Shown here piece after piece: positions 1 through 7,987 of a stretch of 32,000 nt of DNA (within the stretch, counting starts at the first letter, position 1; each line of letters begins with the position of its first letter). A program made the translations under genes and the position numbers. The notes under the pieces were generated by a model. That model had not been told where the DNA came from. It worked only from the letters and a program-made list of their open reading frames with translations, and made no database searches. Origin of the DNA: an uncultured archaeon (lineage in GTDB: Archaea > Asgardarchaeota > Thorarchaeia > Thorarchaeales > Thorarchaeaceae); assembly GCA_964648855.1 (NCBI GenBank), contig CAZYLT010000011.1:30001-62000 (forward strand), read 5' to 3'.

Positions 1-283
1 TAATCCGCAACCGCCGTTTTACCGAGCCTTCAACTCTCTCGAATGACAACTTGATGATGCCTTGACTTGCATACCTTTCGACCATAATTCCTGCTTCATC
101 CAGCTCGCTTGTGAGCAACGCAGTCACGGAGAGTCTTGACAACAGAGCAGCAATCTTCATTACTGCCTCTCTTCCTTCCTGTAAGCCCAAATCGTTAAGG
201 GATGCGGCAACTGAATCTAACACCAAACGCTTCGCTCCAATTTTCTCCTGTCCCTCTGAGATTCTATCCAGGATGGTCTTGAA
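1..283 (-). pseudogene. KaiC/RAD55-like RecA-superfamily ATPase, C-terminal part; 5' half disrupted; runs off the window edge
   Basis: Manual minus-strand translation FKTILDRISEGQEKIGAKRLVLDSVAASL...VTALLTSEL...VERYASQGIIKLSFERVEGSVKRRLRI has the KaiC-family Walker B (RLVLDS), TxLLTSE and R-x-L-x-I motifs. An in-frame TGA lies immediately upstream (284-286) and no Walker A was found. Confidence 0.65.
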
Positions 284-1020
284 TCAAGTTTTCCAACGGG
301 GATTGCGAACGCCACAACAAAAAACCATTCTTTCACTATTCCTCAAACTGTGCCCAGCCGTCGCATGCAGAGTAAAACATCCACCAGTTCAGGGCCTTTG
401 GCTCAACTCGCAGCTTGACTCCACTATCGGCATAGGCCCAGTCCTGTCTTCCTTGCTTCCATGGTGACCCGCAGAGTGGACAGACCATGAGCATGTTATG
501 GATTTCACTTTTTTAAAGCTCGTTGGGATTTGTTAATACTAAAGCAGGGAACAGGCGTTTTCTAATTCTTTGGGTGTAATTATGATTGTCTGTCCTCCTA
601 TTCTCTTGGGCAATGAGCTCATGTCCGAGAGAAATGGATAGATTCAGGTATTCTGACGCTCAGTGAGAGGATTGTAGTGGACTGGCGATGCCTGCTATCG
701 ACAACGGAGAAGAGGGGCTTGCAGATGGTGGACTGGATCAGAATCCCCACGATGTCAATCCTGCGCATGGCCTCTTTCGCGATGTTACATAATCAGAGGA
801 CAGGTATTCGATCTGAATTCATCTCTGACTAACCTAGCTAAATGAACTAGAGGATTTAGGAATAAAAAAAGGATCTGTTGCCCTCATCCATGGCTGCTGT
901 TACTTCAGTATGGGGGAAAATTTGGGAAAAATCTAACACTTTTATTGGACATTTGAACTAGGAGACAGGAGATATTACAATTCTTTGCAAATGAAGAACG
1001 TGATTAGAAGAATGTCGTTA

Positions 1021-1389
1021 ATGAAAGATAGGTTATTTGCCTATAAGCAAGTAATTGCTGTAAGAACTGACTTGGATATGAGCTCGGGAAAGACTGCAGT
1101 ACAGGTTGCACACGCAGCGGTAAGCGCAGGAGAACGTACGCGCACTATGAAGCAAGAAGTCTACAAGGCATGGCTAAGAGAGGGTCAAAAGAAGGTTGCA
1201 GTGAAAGTGGGTTCGCAAGAGGAACTTATCGAGCTAGTTCGAGGTGCAAACAATATGGGTCTGCCATATGCCTTAGTGAAAGATGCAGGACTAACAGAGC
1301 TTCCCGCTGGCACGGCCACGGTAGTCGGTATCGGCCCTGCTAAGTCTAAAGAAATTGACAGACTAACTGGACATCTCAAACTATTGTGA
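1021..1389 (+). CDS. pth2: Peptidyl-tRNA hydrolase Pth2
   Basis: YKQVIAVRTDLDMSSGKTAVQVAHAAV, W.REGQKKVAVK and DAGLTEL.AGT.TVVGIGP motifs. Start ATG 1021 (1012 is an alternative). Confidence 0.96.
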   Translation: MKDRLFAYKQVIAVRTDLDMSSGKTAVQVAHAAVSAGERTRTMKQEVYKAWLREGQKKVAVKVGSQEELIELVRGANNMGLPYALVKDAGLTELPAGTATVVGIGPAKSKEIDRLTGHLKLL

Positions 1390-1399
1390 GTGACAATCG

Positions 1400-2749
1400 A
1401 TGGAAACCCCATTCCCAATTGAGAAGTCTTTGGGCATCGAGTTGTATAGCACCTCCTGGTCCGGGCTAGGGGGCTCGATAAAAAAACGGTATGAAGATTT
1501 CATTGTGGAAGAGATAACCCCAAGTGGCAAAGTTCTCGAGGTGCTGAATAATCCACATTCGCTCCCTCCCATCAACGAACAGGCCCCCAGCAATCCCGAA
1601 GATAGCAAGAAACATCTGCATTTTACGGTTCAAAAAATGGGATTGACGACATTTGATGTTGCCAATATCCTTGCCAGCTCGCTTGGTATCCCACGTCACT
1701 TGGTCACGCATGCTGGGCTAAAAGACAAGAGAGCCATAACTTCGCAACGTATGTGCGTTCCGGGGAGTCAATTTGAGAGATTGGGGTCAGTCGAACTGTA
1801 TGATATATGGCTAAGAGATCCTGAATATTCACGAGGGCAGATTCACATCGGAGACCTCTGGGGAAATCGCTTTGAGATTGTATTGAGAGATATAGAGTCT
1901 CCTTGTGAAGGCAGGTTGGATGAAATCAATTCACTGAGAAACACCCCCTTGTTGAATTACTACGGCGTCCAGAGATTTGGGGTAGTAAGACCATTTACCC
2001 ATCTGGTAGGAAAATCACTCGTCAAAAACGACTATGAGCAAGCTATATCCTATATGCTATCAACTCAAAGCGAGTACGAATCTGAACACGTTACCGCCCT
2101 AAGAGAGGAGATTGCCGCTGGAAACTTGGATGAGAATCTTCTGGAAGAACTCCCCAGTGACTTCCGATACGAGCGTACCGTTATAGAGTATCTAATAGAC
2201 CACCCAGGTGAATACGAAAAGGCATTTTTCCGCATTCCTTCTCGCATGCAGGCTTTCTTTGTTCATGCCTACCAATCCTTCATATTCAATCAGCTCATCA
2301 GTCTTCGCGCAAAGAGGGGTCTCTCAATAGAAACGCCTCAAATTGGTGATTTCATTGTTAAGCAAGATATGACTCATAGTGGGCGGGACCATTGGTTGTA
2401 TGTGAACGAACGAAGTCTAGAAGAGCGAAGACATCTTGTGAGGTCCGGTCGTTATGGTCTTGCTGCTCACATACCCGGATATTCAACGAAGTTGCCGCCA
2501 GGAAAACCCTCTGAAATGTTAAGAGAGATACTGACGAAAGAGGGGGTTCGTCTTATTGACTTCCGAAATCCTGCACGGAAACAACTCGATTCAGCTGGAG
2601 GGCTTCATCTTGTTTCAATAAGAGTTCCCAATCTCAAAGCAGAATGTAAATCCAAGTCTCTAGTTCTTTCCTTTAGTCTGAAGAAGGGCTCCTATGCAAC
2701 CATAGTTATGCGGGAATTAATGAAGAATCATCCCATAAACAGGGTCTAA
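1400..2749 (+). CDS. truD: tRNA pseudouridine(13) synthase TruD/Pus7
   Basis: EDFIVEE, HAGLKDKRAITSQ (catalytic Asp), GDLWGNRF, NYYGVQRFG, HAYQSFIFN and LKKGSYATIVMRE motifs. Confidence 0.96.
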   Translation: METPFPIEKSLGIELYSTSWSGLGGSIKKRYEDFIVEEITPSGKVLEVLNNPHSLPPINEQAPSNPEDSKKHLHFTVQKMGLTTFDVANILASSLGIPRHLVTHAGLKDKRAITSQRMCVPGSQFERLGSVELYDIWLRDPEYSRGQIHIGDLWGNRFEIVLRDIESPCEGRLDEINSLRNTPLLNYYGVQRFGVVRPFTHLVGKSLVKNDYEQAISYMLSTQSEYESEHVTALREEIAAGNLDENLLEELPSDFRYERTVIEYLIDHPGEYEKAFFRIPSRMQAFFVHAYQSFIFNQLISLRAKRGLSIETPQIGDFIVKQDMTHSGRDHWLYVNERSLEERRHLVRSGRYGLAAHIPGYSTKLPPGKPSEMLREILTKEGVRLIDFRNPARKQLDSAGGLHLVSIRVPNLKAECKSKSLVLSFSLKKGSYATIVMRELMKNHPINRV

Positions 2750-2750
2750 T

Positions 2751-3335
2751 TCATGGACGCCGACGAGTGAAATCCATCATTTTTTCTTCATATGCATCGT
2801 CGTCTTTTGTTTTCTCTTCCTTCTTCTCACGTTTATCTTGGAACTGGAAAATTACAGGATCGCCCACTATGGCAGTAGCAATGTTTCTTAGTTGTTCTTT
2901 AGAATAGGGAATTCTTTCTCTGTCCTCCGGCCTAAGCATGACTATGCTCTCTTTGACACCAGTTGGCAAATATAGGCTGTTCACTCCAACTTCAACTGCG
3001 GGTTTGATGAGTGACCGAATTGCAGCATGAAGCTTGGCTGGCCCTTCTACAATCATTGTTTCTCCGTATTTCTCTTCAATCTCGCTCATCAAAGCATCAT
3101 CTGAGGTCAGGACCTTCTTGTTTCCTTTCTTTAAGACGAGAATAAGGAGGTCATCAGTCTGTATTGCCCTTAGCAACTTGAGTTCTTCGAGGGATGGATA
3201 ATCCTCTCTCTTCTCCAATAGCCATTTGCAGAAATCAATCTCAAACTTGGTTATTTCTCCCCTATCAAGTCGGTCTTGGCAGTTTGGACATAACATATCA
3301 GTTTCGAGGTCAAATACACAGACTGGTAGTTTCAT
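2751..3335 (-). CDS. Archaeal NusA-like KH-domain protein (NusA paralogue with N-terminal Cys cluster)
   Basis: N-terminus MKLPVCVFDLETDMLCPNCQDRL and GVNSLYLPTG are typical of this archaeal family. Confidence 0.75.
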   Translation of the reverse strand: MKLPVCVFDLETDMLCPNCQDRLDRGEITKFEIDFCKWLLEKREDYPSLEELKLLRAIQTDDLLILVLKKGNKKVLTSDDALMSEIEEKYGETMIVEGPAKLHAAIRSLIKPAVEVGVNSLYLPTGVKESIVMLRPEDRERIPYSKEQLRNIATAIVGDPVIFQFQDKREKKEEKTKDDDAYEEKMMDFTRRRP

Positions 3336-3407
3336 TTTCTTCGCCTAGCAAAGCTGTGACAGCTCAATAGGTCTTCTTAGCCAAGGCAATAAGAAACTTG
3401 CCAAAGG

Positions 3408-3719
3408 TCACTTTGAAAGCGTAATCTCTATTGTCGACACATTGAGATCGCTGCCTTTGTCCGTCTTGACAGTGGTAGTGCCTATGATAATATCAGCAAC
3501 TTCCAGCTCCTGAATGAATCTATTCCGAGTTATCTCTGCCACATCAACAGCTCTACTAATCAGTCTCCCTCTGGCCTTTATCTCGACCTCTGTGGCTCCT
3601 TTATTGAATAGAGTCACACACGCCAAGACATAGCTCATCACATTCTTAGAACCTACAAGAACTGTTGAGTCACCGATATCATTGTCTTCGGAACGTTCCG
3701 AATTCTTTTCCTCCGCCAC
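3408..3719 (-). CDS. albA: DNA/RNA-binding protein Alba
   Basis: [14 protein letters not shown]...[19 protein letters not shown]...NVSTIEITL. Probable GTG start at 3719, preceded by GGAG. Confidence 0.95.
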   Translation of the reverse strand: MAEEKNSERSEDNDIGDSTVLVGSKNVMSYVLACVTLFNKGATEVEIKARGRLISRAVDVAEITRNRFIQELEVADIIIGTTTVKTDKGSDLNVSTIEITLSK

Positions 3720-3936
3720 GTGAAATCTCTCCACTGGGTAAATCCAGCTCGATATATTTAGTTGAGCGTGACTCATATAGATTTCGTTTAATATGGATAC
3801 AGCGCATACCATCAGCTCTGACGAAAGATAAGAGAATTAATCTCCCTTTTCCTAGAATACGAACCGCATCTTCCTATTTGTCAGGTCACAACACTTTTCT
3901 TGATACCCGCGGCGATTTGAATTGGATGTTTACAAA

Positions 3937-5205
3937 TTGGCAGATATTACTTTCTTAGGAGCCACAAAGGAGATTGGGAAGGCTGGCTATCTTCTAGAAG
4001 AACAAGATGAAACCCTTCTAGTTGATTATGGTGTGAAGTTTGGTAACCCACCAACATTCCCCGATATGGTTGATACACGCAATCTTCAAGGAGTGGCTCT
4101 CACTCATGCACACTTAGATCACACAGGTGGGGCACCATGGATTCTCTCAAAGAATCCCCAACTCTCATTGCTCTGTACTCCAGCTACACGTGATATAGTT
4201 ACTCTCCTTGTTCACGATATGTACAAGATTTCGCGAGGAAGGTTACCTTTCTCGAAGAAGGACTTGGCCCGCGTCAACAGACAGTGCCAACCATTGGCAT
4301 ATGAAGAAACCATGCCCATCGGCCGCCATTATGAAATGACTTTGTTTAATGCCGGTCATATCCCCGGAAGTGCCATGGTATCCGTTAGATATGATGGCAA
4401 ACGTATTCTATTCACAGGCGATTTTAACGCAACCGAATCGAGATTATGTGCTGGAGCTCGGAACAACCTTCCAAAGCATGACTTTGTTGTTACTGAGAGC
4501 ACATATGCTAGAAGAATAAATCCCGCCCGTGAGGAGATTGAACAAGACCTTGTAGATACGGTTGTTGAAACTGCCGAGAACGGGGGCACTGTTCTTATCC
4601 CTGCGTTTGCTGTGGGCAGAAGTCAAGAGGTTATGTGTATTCTAGAGAATTATGGTGTACTGGATAATTTTCCAACTCATGTTGATGGTATGGCGAGAGC
4701 TGTAAACAAAATTCTCCTCAAACATCCCGAGTATGTTGGAGCTCCCAGAGATTTCGAAAGTGCCATGAAGAAGACTCATGCGATTCGTAACAATAGGGAC
4801 CGAAACGCAGCTGTGTCACCTGGAAATATTATCATATCCCCTGCAGGAATGCTCAAGGGCGGTGCTTCACATATTTATTTCAAGAAGGTTCATGACGATC
4901 CTCGGAACGCCATTGTATTGGTGAGTTTTCAAATACCTGGGACGCCTGGGGCCGAGTTGCTAGCAAAGAACATGGCAACTGTGGGTAACAGGGTGTTCAA
5001 GGTCACTGCCAAGGTTCGTTATCACCATCTCAGTAGCCACTCTGATGCAAATGGAATGCTGGAAAAGCTATCAGGAATACCCGGAGACCCAGAGTTCTTC
5101 CTGATACATGGAGAACCCGAGTCGTGCGAAGCCCTTGCTCAGAAACTGAGAGAACTAGGACGCAGGGCTACTGTTCCGGAAAGAAATGAAACGTATCAAG
5201 TCTAA
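3937..5205 (+). CDS. Beta-CASP metallo-beta-lactamase ribonuclease (no N-terminal KH domains)
   Basis: FLGA..EIG, THAHLDH, AGHIPGS, TGD, ESTY, PAFAVGRSQE, SSHSD and IHGE motifs. Probable TTG start at 3937. Confidence 0.92.
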   Translation: MADITFLGATKEIGKAGYLLEEQDETLLVDYGVKFGNPPTFPDMVDTRNLQGVALTHAHLDHTGGAPWILSKNPQLSLLCTPATRDIVTLLVHDMYKISRGRLPFSKKDLARVNRQCQPLAYEETMPIGRHYEMTLFNAGHIPGSAMVSVRYDGKRILFTGDFNATESRLCAGARNNLPKHDFVVTESTYARRINPAREEIEQDLVDTVVETAENGGTVLIPAFAVGRSQEVMCILENYGVLDNFPTHVDGMARAVNKILLKHPEYVGAPRDFESAMKKTHAIRNNRDRNAAVSPGNIIISPAGMLKGGASHIYFKKVHDDPRNAIVLVSFQIPGTPGAELLAKNMATVGNRVFKVTAKVRYHHLSSHSDANGMLEKLSGIPGDPEFFLIHGEPESCEALAQKLRELGRRATVPERNETYQV

Positions 5206-5423
5206 AGTACTTCAGCCTCTTCAGTAGGTCGAGCCTCAACTACTTGACATTTGATATTTTGAAGAATATCCTCGGCCTGTTGAGGTTCAGCCACTAACGT
5301 ATAGAGATATCTTGTAGTGCGAAGTTTGAGCTTTACCTGCTTGCTGCCCCTCTTAACACGACACTCAGTTGCGTCTTCGCTCATCTCAATGAACTTGTCT
5401 ATATCGTGGATTTGTTTAGGCAT
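5202..5423 (-). CDS. rpl38e: Ribosomal protein L38e (eL38)
   Basis: MPKQIHDIDKF...VKLKLRTTRYLYTL matches the eL38 consensus (KxKxRxxRYLYTL). GAGG SD upstream. Confidence 0.93.
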   Translation of the reverse strand: MPKQIHDIDKFIEMSEDATECRVKRGSKQVKLKLRTTRYLYTLVAEPQQAEDILQNIKCQVVEARPTEEAEVL

Positions 5424-5453
5424 TATTTAGGCCTCTTTGAATTGCTATTTTTG

Positions 5454-5560
5454 TGGTGGGCCGGGGGCGATTTGAACGCCCGACCTTCGCCGTGTGAAGG
5501 CGACGTTTTCTAGCTGACCGGTTAATCCGGCCAGTACATAGCCAACTAGACCACCGGCCC
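5454..5560 (-). tRNA. tRNA-Val: tRNA-Val(CAC) with 30-nt intron at position 23/24 and encoded CCA
   Basis: Reverse complement folds as acceptor GGGCCGG/CCGGCCC+ACCA, anticodon arm TCGCC-TTCACAC-GGCGA and T arm GGGCG-TTCAAAT-CGCCC. The D stem GTC/GAC is restored only when 5507-5536 is removed. Confidence 0.95.
5507..5536 (-). other. Non-canonical tRNA intron in the D-arm
   Basis: TACTGGCCGGATTAACCGGTCAGCTAGAAA has an internal 8-bp hairpin CTGGCCGG/CCGGTCAG and a relaxed bulge-helix-bulge at the junctions (TG|T and AA|A bulges). Confidence 0.85.
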
Positions 5561-5584
5561 AGACTCTGTCGGCTATATAGTATC

Positions 5585-5743
5585 TCACTGCCTCTTTCGT
5601 CTCTTCGGCCGGAGGTCCTTACCTTTGCACTTGCGACACTTTTTTGCCTTGATTGGGTTTGTAGCTCCACAGTCTCTACAGACTGATTTGTAGAGCAAGT
5701 AGTGCTGCGCAAGTCTTCGCTTCTCAATATCGGAAACTGGCAT
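5585..5743 (-). CDS. rpl40e: Ribosomal protein L40e (52 aa, not in the ORF track)
   Basis: Manual translation [52 protein letters not shown] shows the CxxC...NP..A..CRKC...LRPK L40e signature. GAGGT SD upstream. Confidence 0.96.
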   Translation of the reverse strand: MPVSDIEKRRLAQHYLLYKSVCRDCGATNPIKAKKCRKCKGKDLRPKRRKRQ

Positions 5744-5764
5744 TGGTATGACCTCTTTCTAAGC

Positions 5765-5812
5765 GTGATGACTCTGTAGTAGTCAGCCCGCTCAGGCCAA
5801 CCCAGACACTGA
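5765..5812 (+). ncRNA. Candidate box C/D sRNA
   Basis: Perfect box C GTGATGA (5765-5771) and box D CTGA (5809-5812) span 48 nt in an intergenic gap. Internal C'/D' boxes are poor and no target was identified. Confidence 0.25.
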
Positions 5813-5832
5813 GAATTTAAACCTATTCTTTC
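5812..5832 (-). promoter_or_regulatory. Putative BRE-TATA promoter for rpl40e/tRNA-Val/rpl38e
   Basis: Minus strand reads GAAAGAATAGG-TTTAAA-TTCT: a purine-rich stretch followed by a TATA-like box ~75 nt upstream of the rpl40e ATG. Confidence 0.45.
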
Positions 5833-5887
5833 AGCCGCAAGGATCCCTGAGGGCAGGAATAACCATTCCGCCACCTAGTATCTTATT

Positions 5888-6757
5888 CTAGACCATCTCA
5901 TCTAATAATCTGGCAATGTCACTGGGTTTCTTGGCAACCTCGACTCCAGCTTTATTGAGAGCTTGAATCTTACTAGCTGCCGTCCCAGTGCTACCGCTGA
6001 TAATGGCTCCTGCATGACCCATCCGCTTTCCCGGTGGAGCAGTTCTGCCAGCTATGAACCCTACAACCGGCCTGTCATAATGGTCTTTGATGTAGGCGGC
6101 TGCTCTCTCTTCAGCATCGCCACCAATCTCTCCCACCAGAACTAGTGCCTTCGTTTCTCTATCTTCCTGAAACAGTTTCACCGCCTCAATGGGTGTCAAT
6201 CCCACGCATGGGTCTCCTCCTAGACCAATAGCTGTTGAAATCCCCAAATCTTCGTTTGTCATGCCAGCGGCGATTTCATAGGTAAGAGTTCCACTGCGTG
6301 ACATGAGGCCAACTTCTCCATGCGAGAAGACATGGCCGGGCATTATCCCTAGCTTTTGTTTTCCTCCTGGCGTGATAATGCCTGGTGTGTTGGGTCCAAT
6401 CACAGTGACCCCTCTTCTCTTAGCAGCATGAATCACTTTGATCTCGTCTTTCACTGGAACATGCTCAGTAATCACCACTACGGGATCTAGTTCAGCAGCA
6501 ATTGCTTCTAGTGCTGCGTCAGCTGCAAAGCGAGCTGGAACAAAGATGACTGAGGAATTCACTTCATGATTCTCTTTCGCCTGTTTCACACTGTCATAGA
6601 CCGGTATACCATGAACTTCCTGTCCAGATCTTCCAGGGGTGACACCAGCAACGACATTTGTGCCATACTCTAGCATTGCACCCGCATGGAATGTCCCTTG
6701 AGAACCCGTTATCCCTTGAATGAGGACTCTTGTATCTTTATTGACCAGTACTGCCAT
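5888..6757 (-). CDS. sucD: Succinyl-CoA ligase alpha subunit
   Basis: QGITGSQGTFH, GVTPG, IGPNTPG, SRSGTLTYE, GEIGG and RMGHAGAII (phospho-His) motifs. Confidence 0.97.
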   Translation of the reverse strand: MAVLVNKDTRVLIQGITGSQGTFHAGAMLEYGTNVVAGVTPGRSGQEVHGIPVYDSVKQAKENHEVNSSVIFVPARFAADAALEAIAAELDPVVVITEHVPVKDEIKVIHAAKRRGVTVIGPNTPGIITPGGKQKLGIMPGHVFSHGEVGLMSRSGTLTYEIAAGMTNEDLGISTAIGLGGDPCVGLTPIEAVKLFQEDRETKALVLVGEIGGDAEERAAAYIKDHYDRPVVGFIAGRTAPPGKRMGHAGAIISGSTGTAASKIQALNKAGVEVAKKPSDIARLLDEMV

Positions 6758-7903
6758 CTAACTCTCCTCCTTTACTAGTTCAACAACCTTCGCAGCTGCC
6801 TCTTCCATCGTTTGCAGGAAGGGAATTCCAGCTTCATTTAGTATCCTCTGCCCTTCTTCTTCATTCGTTCCAACCATTCTGATTACCAAGGGCACCTCTA
6901 TTTCCCTTTCTTCTCGTGCAGCAACTATTCCTTTTGCAACCTCATCACAACGGGTTATACCTGCCATGATATTGACTAGGATTGCCTCCACTTTGTCATA
7001 CATCAACGCAATCTCAATGCCTCTCTCAACTCTCTCAGCATCAGCGCCTCCTCCAAGATCCAGAAAGGTACTGGCATCTCCTCCATGCAGAGCTACTGCA
7101 TCAAGAGTTGCCATGGTTAGTCCAGCCCCATTACAGATACAAGCAATGTTACCATCGAGTTCAACATATGCCATTCCTTCCTGTGAGGCCATTCGTTCAC
7201 GTTCATTCTGTTCGGCTTGTTTCCTATCGAGCTTGTCAATAAGCTCCCGATGACGATAAAGCGCATTGTCATCTATGTTTAGCCTTGCATCTGCGGCAAG
7301 AAATTCTCCATCGGTGGTAAGTATGAGCGGATTAATCTCGGTCAGTTCCACATCGTATTCCTGGACTATATTCCATAATGTTCTGAAGAATCCAGCAAGC
7401 TTGATGATTTGTTTTCCTGAGAATCCCATATCTATCGCCATTTGTTGAGCCTCGTAGGGCTGAAATCCCATCAAAGGATCTACATGCTTTTTGACGATTT
7501 TTTCAGGACTCTCCTCGGCAAGCTCTTCAATTGACATTCCCCCTGCTGAGCTGCCAATCACGACATACTTACGTTGATTTCTGTCAATAGTAATTCCTGC
7601 ATAGATCTCCTGTTCAATGTCAAGTTTCTCTTCAATCAATATCGCTTCAACAGGCAAATCATTAATTCTCATCTCAAGTATCTCTTGAGCGTACTTCGCA
7701 GCTTCGTCAGGTGTATCGGCAAATTTGATACCTCCAGCCTTTCCTCTTTTACCTGAGAGTACCTGTGCTTTCACGACTACAGGTTTTCCAATCTCACTGG
7801 CAACCTTCTTGGCTTCTGCAGGCGTGGTCGCTACACCCCCAGCAGGAGTTGGCATCTTAAAAGACCGGAAGATATCCTTTGCTTCATGCTCGAATAGCTT
7901 CAT
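6758..7903 (-). CDS. sucC: Succinyl-CoA ligase beta subunit
   Basis: MKLFEHEAK, VVKAQV..GKRGKAGG, EINPL, DDNALYRH and NGAGLTMATLD motifs. Abuts sucD; start revised to ATG 7903. Confidence 0.97.
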   Translation of the reverse strand: MKLFEHEAKDIFRSFKMPTPAGGVATTPAEAKKVASEIGKPVVVKAQVLSGKRGKAGGIKFADTPDEAAKYAQEILEMRINDLPVEAILIEEKLDIEQEIYAGITIDRNQRKYVVIGSSAGGMSIEELAEESPEKIVKKHVDPLMGFQPYEAQQMAIDMGFSGKQIIKLAGFFRTLWNIVQEYDVELTEINPLILTTDGEFLAADARLNIDDNALYRHRELIDKLDRKQAEQNERERMASQEGMAYVELDGNIACICNGAGLTMATLDAVALHGGDASTFLDLGGGADAERVERGIEIALMYDKVEAILVNIMAGITRCDEVAKGIVAAREEREIEVPLVIRMVGTNEEEGQRILNEAGIPFLQTMEEAAAKVVELVKEES

Positions 7904-7980
7904 CGCTTTCATTCCTTCTTGGAGAATGGGGGTTGAGTATTTTGTCCCCCGGGTTAAGCCGCCTTCGCGAACTGCCACAT

Positions 7981-7986
7981 AAAAAA
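7981..7986 (-). terminator. Possible oligo-T terminator after the helicase-like gene
   Basis: T6 run 1 nt after the TAA stop on the minus strand. Confidence 0.35.
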
Positions 7987-7987
7987 G

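Noticed and set aside
111-467. 118-aa plus-strand ORF
   Set aside because: Antisense to the KaiC-like remnant; no recognisable features.
5574-5579. TATATA just upstream of the tRNA as its own promoter
   Set aside because: Only 14-19 nt from the mature 5' end, so transcription would start inside the tRNA.
5416-5874. 152-aa minus-strand ORF in the track
   Set aside because: Shadow ORF spanning rpl40e (different frame) and the tRNA-Val gene; no protein-like motifs.
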